Translations under genes and position numbers: made by a program | Shown: piece after piece, positions 10,594 to 21,500 of the stretch | Numbering within the stretch: the stretch's first letter is position 1 | Layout: each line of letters starts with the position of its first letter | The notes under the pieces: model-generated | What the model saw: only the letters and a program-made list of their open reading frames with translations | The model's database searches: none | Told to the model about the DNA's origin: nothing | Source: Candidatus Cloacimonadales bacterium | Lineage (GTDB): Bacteria; Cloacimonadota; Cloacimonadia; Cloacimonadales; JAIOQZ01 | NCBI GenBank assembly: GCA_963665815.1 | Contig: OY762463.1 | Coordinates: forward strand, 928,001 to 992,000 | Length of the DNA: 64,000 nucleotides | Direction of reading: 5' to 3'

Positions 10594-11889
10594 ATGTTTA
10601 TAATACACGTACCTGAATTTAATTACAATAAAATACAATATATATTTAAAGTTTTACTTGAAGTATGGTCAGACCTGAAACCAGTCTACTACAAGCATGA
10701 ATTTAACTACATTGAAATATCTTCTGAGCAAGGTAAAATCAGGCTGCATTCTGAGATGTTCAATATCATCAAAGAGCGGAATCTGGTAAAGGAAGACCTC
10801 AGTATTAATAATATTGAGGTTGAGAACATCAGAACTAAAACCCTGTTTAAATCCGACAAACCGGCTCTTGTCATAAAAGATGGATTGATTGAAGTAAATG
10901 CGGATATAATCGGATCAGCCTTTTTCCTGCTGACAGGATATGAATCCGCAATCCACAATCCTCTCGATAAGCATGGACGATTTGAAGCTAAAAACTCGCT
11001 CATTGAAGATGTAATAGATAAGCCTGTCGTTCACGATTATTGCAATATCATCCTTAGTCTACTGAGAAAAATCCATCTCAATATTGATGTTCCGAAAAAC
11101 GGTTTCAAAGTCATTCCAACTCACGATGTTGATCATCCGACTGAGTATATGAACCTACCTCTGCCCCACCTGCTCAAGAACTGTGCAGGAGATGTAATCC
11201 TGAGAAAGCAGAGCTTTGTTCCAAGGCTATTGAACTATACAAAGAGCAGATCATCAAGCTTTGCAGATCCTTTTGACACATTCGACTATATGCTCGATCA
11301 AGAGAAAGACTTTGAATCAATCTATTACTTTTTCTTTGGTGATTTTAACTGGGATAACCCATCATACAGAATCGATGAGTTTATACCATTGCTTGAAAGA
11401 ATAAGAAAGCAACTGAACAGTAATATAGGAATCCACTTTGGATTGGGGACATACAATAATCAAGCAAAGATGACAGCTGAGATGAAGAAAGCAATCTCGT
11501 TAGTTCCAGGGCTTAAACATTCAAGACAGCACTATTTATCGCTTAATGTTCCTGAAACTTTGTGTAATCTGTCAGAGACAGGAATCAAAATGGATTCTAC
11601 TTTTGCATTCAGGGATAAAGCCGGATTCCGCTGTGGCGCTTGCCGACCTTTCCCACTATACGACTATAAGAATGATTCAATACTGGAAACATGGGAGAAA
11701 CCCTTGATACTGATGGAGTCTCAAATAATCGATAACCCTGAATTAACCTGTTTAGAGAAAGCTGAGCAAATATTATCCGTTAAAAACACAGTAAAAGAAT
11801 ATGAAGGTGAGTTTGTATTCTTATGGCATAATCACAGGTTAGTTGAGGAGAATGAGAAACACCTTTATGAGCTGACAATTAAGGGATAA
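10594..11889 (+). CDS. Polysaccharide deacetylase-like protein
   Basis: THDVD, IGIH, RQHYL, GFRCG, LWHN motifs. Confidence 0.7.
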   Translation: MFIIHVPEFNYNKIQYIFKVLLEVWSDLKPVYYKHEFNYIEISSEQGKIRLHSEMFNIIKERNLVKEDLSINNIEVENIRTKTLFKSDKPALVIKDGLIEVNADIIGSAFFLLTGYESAIHNPLDKHGRFEAKNSLIEDVIDKPVVHDYCNIILSLLRKIHLNIDVPKNGFKVIPTHDVDHPTEYMNLPLPHLLKNCAGDVILRKQSFVPRLLNYTKSRSSSFADPFDTFDYMLDQEKDFESIYYFFFGDFNWDNPSYRIDEFIPLLERIRKQLNSNIGIHFGLGTYNNQAKMTAEMKKAISLVPGLKHSRQHYLSLNVPETLCNLSETGIKMDSTFAFRDKAGFRCGACRPFPLYDYKNDSILETWEKPLILMESQIIDNPELTCLEKAEQILSVKNTVKEYEGEFVFLWHNHRLVEENEKHLYELTIKG

Positions 11890-11900
11890 AGGGTAATGAA

Positions 11901-13076
11901 ATGAAAATAATTATGATTGGTCATATTAATTCGGAAACAAGTGATGCAACCAGCATCCACTTCAGCGAAACTGCAAACGCTTATAGCAGACTTGGACATT
12001 CTGTGAGTGTTATCAGTCCACAGGTAACACGAGATATTTACGATACTGAGATAGAAATCAAAGATTATCCTGTTAAGTATGAGGAATCGCTTAAAAATGC
12101 CTTCTTGCACAGCTTTTGGATATATAAAAAGTTGTTTAAGGTCATAACACCGGATACCGATCTGATACATGTTCGCTGGCGACTATTTCCTGCAATATTA
12201 GTCCGATTGCTCTGTTGGCTGAAGGGTTGTTTCCCGCATATTCTGACAGAACACAATGGTTGGCTTGATCTGGAAATTAAGATTCAGAGAAGCTCAAAAC
12301 TGATTGCCTGGATTGGCAAAGCGCTACAGATAGCTGACGCAATGACAGCCGACCAGACCCTGACTGTGACAGATGGAATTCGTAAACTGCTTATTGACTC
12401 TGGAATACTGCCTGATAAGATTTTCACAGTTGGAAACGGTACAAATATTTCTCACTTCTATCCTTTGGAAAACAAATCCGGATTGAAACAATCGCTACTG
12501 GGAGTAGATGGTACAATTATTGGTTTTATCGGCAATATTTCAAAGTGGCAAGGTATTGATGATATTGTTGATAGCTTTGCTAAAGTAAACTGTAACTTTA
12601 ATAATGTTTATCTGCTGATTGCCGGTTCCGGAATGTATAAGGAAGAGCTGGAGAAGAAAATCCGGCAGACTGATTATGCTGATAAAATCATACTTAAACC
12701 CAACATACCTTATGACAAGGTAAATGAATGGATGAATGTAATAGATATTGCTGTTGCTCCCAAAACGAAGAAGCTTAACATTGTGGGCTACTCCCCTCTC
12801 AAAATCCGTGATTATGCGGCAGCAGGTTGTGCTGTTGTTTCAACGGATGTAAACGGTATTTTAGAGCTGGAAGAGCATGGATGGCTCAAGACATATAATC
12901 CCGACAACCCGGAGAGCATGGAAATCCTGCTTTCCAACATGCTTCTGAACAATGATCATGAGGAAATGGGTAGAAAAGCCAGAAAATACGCCGAAGAGCA
13001 TTTCAGCTGGATTAAGATTGCAGAGGCTATAATCGGGAATTTACCTGTAAAGGTAACTAATTCGAGAAGTAGGTAG
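11901..13076 (+). CDS. GT4 glycosyltransferase
   Basis: GFIGNISKWQG, SPLKIRDYAAAG. Confidence 0.9.
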   Translation: MKIIMIGHINSETSDATSIHFSETANAYSRLGHSVSVISPQVTRDIYDTEIEIKDYPVKYEESLKNAFLHSFWIYKKLFKVITPDTDLIHVRWRLFPAILVRLLCWLKGCFPHILTEHNGWLDLEIKIQRSSKLIAWIGKALQIADAMTADQTLTVTDGIRKLLIDSGILPDKIFTVGNGTNISHFYPLENKSGLKQSLLGVDGTIIGFIGNISKWQGIDDIVDSFAKVNCNFNNVYLLIAGSGMYKEELEKKIRQTDYADKIILKPNIPYDKVNEWMNVIDIAVAPKTKKLNIVGYSPLKIRDYAAAGCAVVSTDVNGILELEEHGWLKTYNPDNPESMEILLSNMLLNNDHEEMGRKARKYAEEHFSWIKIAEAIIGNLPVKVTNSRSR

Positions 13077-13312
13077 AGGTAACGCTTCGTATCATCATGT
13101 GATCAGGTAAATCACGAGAATCAAGGTTCGGACATTAAGATGAGACAAACGGCTGTATCCCTCTAAGCGGTTGGTTGAGCTGTACAAGCTTTCACGATTT
13201 AGATGATTATTTCTACCAATACATCGACTGTGGATTATGGCTGATTAACGCACAGGTGGAGTATTCTTATAAGAGAACTTTAGTCATTCCTGATGTATTC
13301 ACCCAGAAACAT

Positions 13313-13755
13313 CTACGCTAGTTCTGGATGTGTTCCTTCTAATTTTATCTTTTGAATAAAATCCTCGGTAGTATACATAAAAAAAGTATTGTACTTGTTG
13401 ATTATCTCTTTTTTACCGTTTATTGCATTTATCTGCCTGAGAAAATCCCTATTATCTGACTTTACATGAACTTTGACATTGCCAATGAAAACAAAACCAA
13501 TCTGCTTTCCGCATACCGGTGTCATAAGATAAAAATATCCATTATAAAATGAAATATTTGCAGCATTATTGACATAATCCAGTTTTTTTACTTTATACAC
13601 CTGCGATTCATCAAAACTGATTTCAGATATATCTTCAATGAATCCATTAAGACTTACATTAGACTCATTCTGTAGTTCATCTCCCGAAAGACTTCCGAAT
13701 CCCATAAAATAATGACACATGACAGTAATATTTTACTGATTATAATGTTCTTCAT
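13313..13755 (-). pseudogene. Frameshifted, truncated paralog of the N-terminus of the adjacent M1-like protein
   Basis: ATG at 13755 overlaps upstream TAA; its signal-like peptide MKNIIISKILLSCVII is out of frame with ORF 13313-13720, which aligns by eye to the neighbour's N-terminus. Confidence 0.6.
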
Positions 13756-16037
13756 TATTTCTTCTCTTTTAATATCACAGTGTTAAACGGATCAAATATC
13801 AATTCTTTCATTTCCATAGGCAGCTTCAGTTTCTTTGTATATGTTTTACCAATCACATCCACATTGAATGTTGATGCTGCTCCATTCTGATAAACGACCT
13901 GTAGTGGAATTCTGGATATGAAGTTATCCCCCACTCCCGATTGTGTTATCTCTAAATTCAGATAGTTAACGCCATTTTCCTGAGTTCCGGAGTAATCATA
14001 CTCAATTTCAGGAAGCTTGTTACCATATACCCACTGATCGAAGAACCAACTCATGTCTGTACCGGTTATGCTATTTACAGTCCTAATGAAGTCTTTTGTA
14101 CTTGCTTTTTTCCCTTTGTATTCAGAGTAGAAATTCCTCAAGATTGTCAGGAAAACATCATCATTCTTCCCTTGAAGATTCATAAGGTAATATCGCAACA
14201 TGTGCATTACATAAGTAGATCTTGATCCTGAATTGTTATCGTATACAGCATCAGGAAGCATTCCGCAACTGACAGATGCTTTATAGTATTCTCTAACAGA
14301 ATCATTGGATAATGTAATATTATCATTATATATTTCTTCTCCGCTTGAATCACACTTATGTATAAGTAAAATAGACGTAATCTTCGCTAAAGAGTTTATA
14401 AGCCATGAATCATTTGATCTGAAAGGCTTAACACTTTTTCCCCACCAAAGCTCTGCAACTGAAACAACCGGATAAGCAATCAGCAAATTATTGAGCTGTT
14501 TTATATATAGTGGATTGCCAATGTTAGCGGGAAGCTCAGGAAATCCAAATACAACATAATCAGGTATTGCAATATCATATCCATACGATTCAATAAAGCT
14601 GACTTTACTTGATTCTAACTTCCCTAATATGTTAGACATAATCTCCATCAGATTCATTAGCCTTTCTACTTCATCATCCCTGTCCTTATCCATAAAAACT
14701 GTTACCTCCGGCACTCCCTCTCGAGTTTTAACGCTTTGTTTGCAATCTCCCAGAGAGAAATCAATGTGACCAACAGGTTGCCTTGTCTTCCAGACTGCTG
14801 TTTTCATTTTTCCAACTTTTTCTTCAGAAATTTTATCTCCGACACAAAACAAATTGTACTTCTTGGGATATGTGAATTTAAGATTAGCATGAAAGTATGT
14901 TTCTGATGGAATATAAGGGAACCAGAACAAATGAGATGCAGTTGTATTCAACGTGTAATGGTATGTATAAATGTATGGAGCCTGATATTTAATCTTCAAC
15001 TGATACTTCCCATCAGTAACATTCTCCGGTAATTTAACCCATAAGTATTCTTCTTTAAGAAAATGATCCAGAGGATAATCATTTGAATCTCTGACAAACT
15101 CAAGCTCGAATTTTTTCATATTTAACAAGTATCCAACTTCAATTTTCAACCATTGAGAATGCCCATCCCTTACATTAAAAAAAATACTCCCATCACACAC
15201 AAGAATTTTATTTCGGGTTATTTCAATATCCAGGTCATATTTCTCCACATCAGTAGAAAGGATTTTAACAGGGGCAGGAATATTGCCATACTTATGATAA
15301 TCTTCTAATTTGTTGAATAATATGTTATTGGAAAGAGATTTCTTGAACTTGTTATTTGCAGGTATAAAGTGAAGAAAATTCTCTCTGTCTCTTTCAGGAT
15401 CATACGAATAATTTACTACCTTTATTCTATTATGATTGTTCAGTAAGCAATATCTGATAAAACCTTTAGAGTTATCTTCAATTATCTTTTCAACAATGTA
15501 GTCCCATAATACTAAATCCGATCCATCACTAATGCTCATCTTGTTCATTCTCACATCGATGTTTTTGTATTCCGGATAATTATCTAACTTCTGAAACTTA
15601 CTTCTCACCTCATTAACTAATCCTCGTGTATCAGTTATAAATACCTCATCATAATCATCCTCAAAAAAATCTTTATTTGTTGCATTTCTGAATTGCCTGA
15701 CAGCCTCTTCTGCATCTGATTTAAGCATAAAATGTACATTACCTCTGAATGCACTGAAAACATTTTGATTGTTAACGGGGCAATATACATACAGAAATCC
15801 ATCCTTCAGCACCAGTATCGAAGCATCGACTTTAACTTCCAGACTATCTATCTGATAGACTTCCATATTTTTCGTGCTCAAATCTTTGAATTCAGTATAG
15901 ATTCGCTCTATCTCAGTCATCCCCTCATCAGCTCCCAGATTTACACATAATAATAAAATAGATATCAAAATCCCTAAAATCACAATAAACTCCTGAAAAA
16001 AAATATTTACTATGAAATCTTCGCATAAATGTTTCAA
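13755..16037 (-). CDS. Exported M1 aminopeptidase-fold protein lacking HEXXH
   Basis: WWG..V...WL, YVMHMLR, DF.R......DMSWFFDQWVYG..LP, IFDP typical of M1; zinc motif degenerate; start uncertain. Confidence 0.7.
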   Translation of the reverse strand: MKHLCEDFIVNIFFQEFIVILGILISILLLCVNLGADEGMTEIERIYTEFKDLSTKNMEVYQIDSLEVKVDASILVLKDGFLYVYCPVNNQNVFSAFRGNVHFMLKSDAEEAVRQFRNATNKDFFEDDYDEVFITDTRGLVNEVRSKFQKLDNYPEYKNIDVRMNKMSISDGSDLVLWDYIVEKIIEDNSKGFIRYCLLNNHNRIKVVNYSYDPERDRENFLHFIPANNKFKKSLSNNILFNKLEDYHKYGNIPAPVKILSTDVEKYDLDIEITRNKILVCDGSIFFNVRDGHSQWLKIEVGYLLNMKKFELEFVRDSNDYPLDHFLKEEYLWVKLPENVTDGKYQLKIKYQAPYIYTYHYTLNTTASHLFWFPYIPSETYFHANLKFTYPKKYNLFCVGDKISEEKVGKMKTAVWKTRQPVGHIDFSLGDCKQSVKTREGVPEVTVFMDKDRDDEVERLMNLMEIMSNILGKLESSKVSFIESYGYDIAIPDYVVFGFPELPANIGNPLYIKQLNNLLIAYPVVSVAELWWGKSVKPFRSNDSWLINSLAKITSILLIHKCDSSGEEIYNDNITLSNDSVREYYKASVSCGMLPDAVYDNNSGSRSTYVMHMLRYYLMNLQGKNDDVFLTILRNFYSEYKGKKASTKDFIRTVNSITGTDMSWFFDQWVYGNKLPEIEYDYSGTQENGVNYLNLEITQSGVGDNFISRIPLQVVYQNGAASTFNVDVIGKTYTKKLKLPMEMKELIFDPFNTVILKEKK

Positions 16038-16196
16038 TTTATCAGATGATGATTGACTCTACTATTGTGCAAAAATCTCACATTTCAGAATTTCATGATC
16101 AAATAATTTCAGTCAATAAATTAATTTTTCATTTGATCAATTTATATCGATAAAAACAATGACATCATATTATGATTTCTATTAGATGAGGTAAGT

Positions 16197-18137
16197 ATGA
16201 ACTTAAAAAAACTGAGGTTAGCCCCAACGGACACATTTTTCCTGAAAATGTATCTGCTGCTGCTGGCTTTCTTTGCATTGTTTAGAATTTTCTTTGTAAT
16301 AAGATATCATGGTCAATACTCAGGTGTCCCCTTTGGAGATATCCTTACAGCTTTTTTCTATGGAGCACGTTTCGACACTGTTATAATTGGCTATTATCTT
16401 GCACCCTTCTTCCTTATCGGGCACATTCCCTATATAGGAATCGAGTTTTCTAAGATAATGAGGATTACCGTTCAGGTATTGATGCTTATACTGCTTATAG
16501 TCTATACAGGAGCAATGATCGGGAATCTTGAGTTTTTCGAGGAATACAATTCTCATCTTGATTATACATCCATTGAATACTCCGATACACCGGATCTGAT
16601 TGTGTACACAATCTGGAATGAATATCCGGTTATACCTTATCTGTTTCTCATGTTCTTAGTTGTTGGATCATTTGGTTATCTTCAACACAGGTTGTTCAAA
16701 AAGCTGCAATATAAAAAAACTCACTATATAAACAGATCAGTCACATTCCTGATTTTAGCAGGACTATTGTTTCTTGGTGTCAGAGGACGAACCGGTACAG
16801 CGTCCATCAACTGGGGTGTAGGCTTCACAAGCCAGTACAACATTGCAAACCAGACTGCCGTTAACCCTATATTCAATTTTATTCGAGACGTTTATGACCA
16901 CGAAAAGCGTCCGCAATACATTTCTGATAAGGAAGCTATTGAAGTTACTAAAGAAATTATCATGCCGAATGAAGAGCCAATTGTGAAGGAATATCCTTTC
17001 TTTAGAGAGTTTAAAACTGATGAACCGCAAAAAAAGATGAATGTAGTGCTTATTCTTCTGGAATCGTTTTCTGCTGAATTTGTTGGCTGCCTCGGTTCGG
17101 ATCTTGGACTTACTCCAAATTTCGACAAGCTTTCTGAAGATGGCGTCCTGTTTACAAATTTCTACAGTAATGGACAGCGAAGTGCCAGAGCTTTTAATAC
17201 CAGCTATTGTTCTTATCCCGTACTTACAGGCAAATCTCTTATAAAGCAGGTACAGGCTCAGCAGAAGATACCTTCTATAAGTCAGATGCTAAAAGACTCA
17301 GGCTATTCAACTCACTTCATATATGGTGGGGATATTGAATTTGACAATATGAGAGGATTTCTGGTATCAAAGGGTGTAGATAACTTTGTAGGTCAGACAG
17401 ATTTTGATCCTGATACTTTCATCAATAAATGGGGAGCTCCCGATCATGTTGTTTTCGAAAGAACAATAGAAGAAATAGATAAATTACCTGCTGATAAGCC
17501 ATTCTTTTTATCTGTATTCTCAACAACAAACCATCCACCATATACAATCCCGGATGTTGATTTCGGAAAAGTAGAAACTGGTGGTGAGTTAAACGGAAAC
17601 TACAATACTTTTAAATACATGGACTATGCTCTCGGACAATTTTTTGATAAAATAAAAGGCAAACCGTATTTTAACAACACTCTATTTATTGTTACAGGTG
17701 ATCATTCCAAGAATTATCATCATGATATTCCTTTTGATCACAGAGCGTCCTATGTTCCATGCCTGTTCTACAGTCCGGGAAATCTTGCACCGGCAAGATA
17801 TGATTATGTAACGAGTCAGGTTGACATTCCACCAACACTTCTTAACTATTTGCATATTTCTGCCAGACATTCTTTCTTTGGAAAAGACATGTTGAATGGA
17901 AATCCCGACAACAGATTTGCCCTGATTGTTAAACACAACAACATTGGTTGGCTTGAAGACAAGTATTTTTTTAGTGGAAAAATCGGACAAGGATCTCAAC
18001 TGTATAATCTTGAAAATGAAAAGTTTATTGATATCAAGAATGCTGAGAAAGAGCTTCATGACAGGCTTCAGAGGAAAGCGTATTCAATGGAGCAGGCAGT
18101 GTTCTATCTTTTTAAGAAGCGAAGAATAGCATTTTGA
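16197..18137 (+). CDS. LTA synthase / sulfatase-superfamily membrane protein
   Basis: N-terminal TM helices, NVVLILLES, TPNFD, TTNHPPY, GDH. Confidence 0.85.
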   Translation: MNLKKLRLAPTDTFFLKMYLLLLAFFALFRIFFVIRYHGQYSGVPFGDILTAFFYGARFDTVIIGYYLAPFFLIGHIPYIGIEFSKIMRITVQVLMLILLIVYTGAMIGNLEFFEEYNSHLDYTSIEYSDTPDLIVYTIWNEYPVIPYLFLMFLVVGSFGYLQHRLFKKLQYKKTHYINRSVTFLILAGLLFLGVRGRTGTASINWGVGFTSQYNIANQTAVNPIFNFIRDVYDHEKRPQYISDKEAIEVTKEIIMPNEEPIVKEYPFFREFKTDEPQKKMNVVLILLESFSAEFVGCLGSDLGLTPNFDKLSEDGVLFTNFYSNGQRSARAFNTSYCSYPVLTGKSLIKQVQAQQKIPSISQMLKDSGYSTHFIYGGDIEFDNMRGFLVSKGVDNFVGQTDFDPDTFINKWGAPDHVVFERTIEEIDKLPADKPFFLSVFSTTNHPPYTIPDVDFGKVETGGELNGNYNTFKYMDYALGQFFDKIKGKPYFNNTLFIVTGDHSKNYHHDIPFDHRASYVPCLFYSPGNLAPARYDYVTSQVDIPPTLLNYLHISARHSFFGKDMLNGNPDNRFALIVKHNNIGWLEDKYFFSGKIGQGSQLYNLENEKFIDIKNAEKELHDRLQRKAYSMEQAVFYLFKKRRIAF

Positions 18138-18218
18138 ATAAAAACTTTATAAATAAAGCTGGACATTACAGCCGTGCCTTTAGGATTTTGACACACTGAT
18201 TAATCACAGGAGATTGTA

Positions 18219-19763
18219 ATGTTGGAAAACGTTGAAAAAAAACAAGATGAAATGGTTGGAACTGATACAGTTCAGAGTGAAAACAAAGTCGAAGAAAAAG
18301 TAGAAATTACTGAAACTGCAGATACTGCAACAGAAGAAAGTTCTGAAGACATGGAAACATTAATCGAGCAGTCAATTGCTGAAGCATTTGAAACAACTGA
18401 AGGTGACCTTGTAACAGGTACAGTTGTTAATGTTAACGATTCATATGTATTCGTAACCCTCGGAGATAAACTTGATGCACATGCTGAAGTTTCTGAATTT
18501 AAAGATGAAAATGGTAATGTTACCGTAAAAGTTGGTGATGAAATTACTGCTTACGTAGTTAAGAAAAATGATGTAGAAACTGTAATTTCCAAAAGATATT
18601 CAAAAGCTAATGTAGACAAGTCTGCATTGAAAGATGCTTTTGAAAGAAAAATTCCTGTGACTGGAAAAGTTGTCAAAATTATAAAAGGCGGATTCCAAAT
18701 AGATGTTCTTAATGCAAGAGCATTCTGTCCATCTTCACAAATCAGTTTATTCCCTCTTAAAGATCAAAATTCAGTTCTCGGACAAAGCTTTGACTTCCAG
18801 ATTATTGATTATACTGATAAAGGAAGAAACATTGTTGTTTCCCATAGAGTTCTTGCAGAACAAGAAGCAGCTGAGAAGAAAACTGAAGCACTTAAAAAGC
18901 TTGAAGTTGGTATGGTTATTGAAGGAATAGTGACCAGATTAACCGGTTTCGGTGCATTCATCGATCTCGGTGGAATCGAAGGTCTTGCTCATGTTTCTGA
19001 AATTTCATGGACAAGAATTGCTAAACCATCTGACGCACTTGAAACAGGTCAGAAAGTTCAAGTAAAAGTTATCAAACTCGATGGCGAAAAGATTTCTCTC
19101 AGTATCAAGCAACTTACAGAAAACCCTGTAAACGCAGCTATGAGAGAACTTAAAGAAGATCAGATTGTTAATTGCCGCGTAGTTAAAAACGAATCTTTCG
19201 GTTCATTCGTAGAAATCATGCCTGGCGTTCAAGGTCTTATTCCTATCTCAGAGATGAGAAGAGGTAAAAGAGTTAACAAGCCTTCAGAAGTTGTTTCAGT
19301 TGGACAACTTGTTGAAGCTCAGATCCTCAGAGTAGATGTAGAGAAAAAGAAAATTTCTCTTTCACTTAAAGCTCTCCAGCCTGATCCATGGGATAACATT
19401 GATGAATTCCTTAAAGAAGGTGAACTTGTTCAGGGAACAATCGATGGTGTATCTGAATTCGGTACATTCGTAAAAGTAGCTGAGGGTCTTACAGGATTAA
19501 TGCCTAAGTCTAAACTTGCAATTGCAAAAGTAGTTCATGCAAAAGAAAACGTTGGTGAAGCTATTACTGTAAGAGTTATCAACATTGATGAAGCTAAAAA
19601 GAGAATATCTCTTGAGCCTTCTGAAATGCCTGAACAGCCTCAACAGCAAGAAAGACCTCAGTACAACGAAAGACGAAGAAATAACGATAACAGAGGTGAA
19701 TGGAAACGTTATGCAAATGAAAACTGGGACAACCAGATTGACAGTCCATTCAAAGATTTATAG
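18219..19763 (+). CDS. rpsA: 30S ribosomal protein S1-like multi-S1-domain protein
   Basis: About five S1 repeats (AFCPSSQ, FGAFIDLGGIEGLAHVSEISW, DPW). Confidence 0.8.
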   Translation: MLENVEKKQDEMVGTDTVQSENKVEEKVEITETADTATEESSEDMETLIEQSIAEAFETTEGDLVTGTVVNVNDSYVFVTLGDKLDAHAEVSEFKDENGNVTVKVGDEITAYVVKKNDVETVISKRYSKANVDKSALKDAFERKIPVTGKVVKIIKGGFQIDVLNARAFCPSSQISLFPLKDQNSVLGQSFDFQIIDYTDKGRNIVVSHRVLAEQEAAEKKTEALKKLEVGMVIEGIVTRLTGFGAFIDLGGIEGLAHVSEISWTRIAKPSDALETGQKVQVKVIKLDGEKISLSIKQLTENPVNAAMRELKEDQIVNCRVVKNESFGSFVEIMPGVQGLIPISEMRRGKRVNKPSEVVSVGQLVEAQILRVDVEKKKISLSLKALQPDPWDNIDEFLKEGELVQGTIDGVSEFGTFVKVAEGLTGLMPKSKLAIAKVVHAKENVGEAITVRVINIDEAKKRISLEPSEMPEQPQQQERPQYNERRRNNDNRGEWKRYANENWDNQIDSPFKDL

Positions 19764-19788
19764 AAAATTAATTTCGATATAATAACTT

Positions 19789-19819
19789 AAGAGCTGCGTT
19801 TTAATACGCAGCTTTTTTT
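19789..19819 (+). terminator. Intrinsic terminator
   Basis: AGCTGCGT-tttaat-ACGCAGCT followed by T-run. Confidence 0.8.
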
Positions 19820-20379
19820 ATATGATATTGATCCATTAGATATATTGACTGAATACATTCTCAACAACAAGTATTTACATATAGTCAGGAGAAACATTAA
19901 TCACTCAAAACTCTGAACAGAACGAAAAACCCTTACATTCATACTGACAATTCAGATATTAAATTAATTCATTTTATGAGTTTTCTTGTAAAACTTATCT
20001 GCTCTGATTATAGATCTTACAGGAATCCACAATAATGAAAGAATAATTAGTAGTTTTATACTGAATTGAATTGGATGAGGTCTGTAAGCAAATGGCAGTT
20101 TAGCAAAGTCATCTTTCGTCAGATCATGCTCACCCAGTGTATCTGTGAATTCAAAATCCGCACCAGTATAATCCTTTAATGACCTTGATGTAACATGGTA
20201 AATCCTCAGAGCATCGCCAATAGTTGTCTCATCGTCTATATTGTGAACAATTATGAATTTGTTAATATCCGCAATAAATGTAGCAACGACAATTACAATG
20301 AACAAGATTGCATACAAAATCAACATCGTGTAAGGTGCACCCCATTGTCCAGACCATTATTTAATTTGTTTAAGTTTGT

Positions 20380-21243
20380 TTAAGATACATTTTTAAGTTC
20401 CAGATATTCAAAATATACTTCATTTGGTGTTTTGTATTTAAGAGATTGATGTAATCTTTTATTATTAAAGAAGTTGAAGTAATATTCCAGTGCGTTTCGA
20501 CATTTTCTCATGTTCTCATATTCATTGAGGTAGATTTCTTCATACTTTACTGACCTGAACGTCCTTTCAACAAATATGTTGTCCAGAGCTCTTCCTTTTC
20601 CATTCATACTTATATTGATCTGGTTGCTATTTAAAATTTCGGTAAATTCATTACTCGTAAACTGGCTGCCCTGATCGGTATTGAAAATCTCAGGATATCC
20701 ATATTTGCTGATTGCTTCCTGTAGGGCTTCAATGCAGAAAAATCTATCGAGGGTATTACTAACTTTCCAGCTTAGTATTTTTCTGCTGTACATATCCACG
20801 ACTATTACAAGGTACATCCTTCCGGAAGAAAGATTAATATAAGTAATATCTGCCCCCCATACCTGATTAATTCGACTTATATTTATACCTTTAAGAAGAT
20901 AAGGATATTTCTTATGAGCCTTATTAGGCTTGCTGAGATTAATCTTGGGATAAACTGCTTTTATATTCATTTCTTTCATCAGTCTTTGCACTTTCTTGTG
21001 ATTTACAAGAATTCCGTCTCGTTGTATACTTTTGGTTATCCTTCTATAGCCGTAAAATGGATATTGCAAATACAATTCCTCAATTTTACTCTGAACTTTA
21101 CTATCATCAGTATGCATGGTTTTCTTATAGTATAGGGTACTTCTGTTTACATCAAGTAGCTTACACTGCCGTCTTATAGATAATTTTTCATGATCCTTTT
21201 CAATTAATCCGGATCTTTCCCATATATTTGTCTGTACTTTTTT
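20380..21243 (-). CDS. IS3 transposase OrfB (DDE), fused to OrfA by -1 frameshift
   Basis: YGYRR, WGADITY, NTDQGSQFTS, KYEE; A-AAA-AAG at 21237-21243 with the -1 frame open into OrfB. Confidence 0.9.
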   Translation of the reverse strand, partial: KKVQTNIWERSGLIEKDHEKLSIRRQCKLLDVNRSTLYYKKTMHTDDSKVQSKIEELYLQYPFYGYRRITKSIQRDGILVNHKKVQRLMKEMNIKAVYPKINLSKPNKAHKKYPYLLKGINISRINQVWGADITYINLSSGRMYLVIVVDMYSRKILSWKVSNTLDRFFCIEALQEAISKYGYPEIFNTDQGSQFTSNEFTEILNSNQINISMNGKGRALDNIFVERTFRSVKYEEIYLNEYENMRKCRNALEYYFNFFNNKRLHQSLKYKTPNEVYFEYLELKNVS

Positions 21244-21500
21244 CGCAGGAAGTCCCTCTCAACTTGAAGCTGTCCGATCTTTTTATACAAATCATCCGTA
21301 GTTTCCTCCCTCTTCTTGTTTTCTTTTTTCCGCTTATCTGAAAATATACTTGAAGCACTCTCCAGAAACTTGGTTTTCCAGTTGGTTATCAAATTGGGGT
21401 GCACATCGAATTTCGCTCCAAGTTCTACAATACTCATCTCTCCCTTTATTGCTTCAATAGCTACTTTTGCCTTAAATTCAGACGTGTAGGACTTTCTCAT
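21204..21500 (-). CDS. IS3 transposase OrfA
   Basis: RKSYTSEFKAKVAIEA HTH; LYKKIGQLQVERDFL. Confidence 0.9.
   Translation of the reverse strand: MRKSYTSEFKAKVAIEAIKGEMSIVELGAKFDVHPNLITNWKTKFLESASSIFSDKRKKENKKREETTDDLYKKIGQLQVERDFLRKKYRQIYGKDPD

Noticed and set aside
13077-13312. REP-like fragments between convergent genes
   Set aside because: Degenerate, with no second copy recognised in the window.
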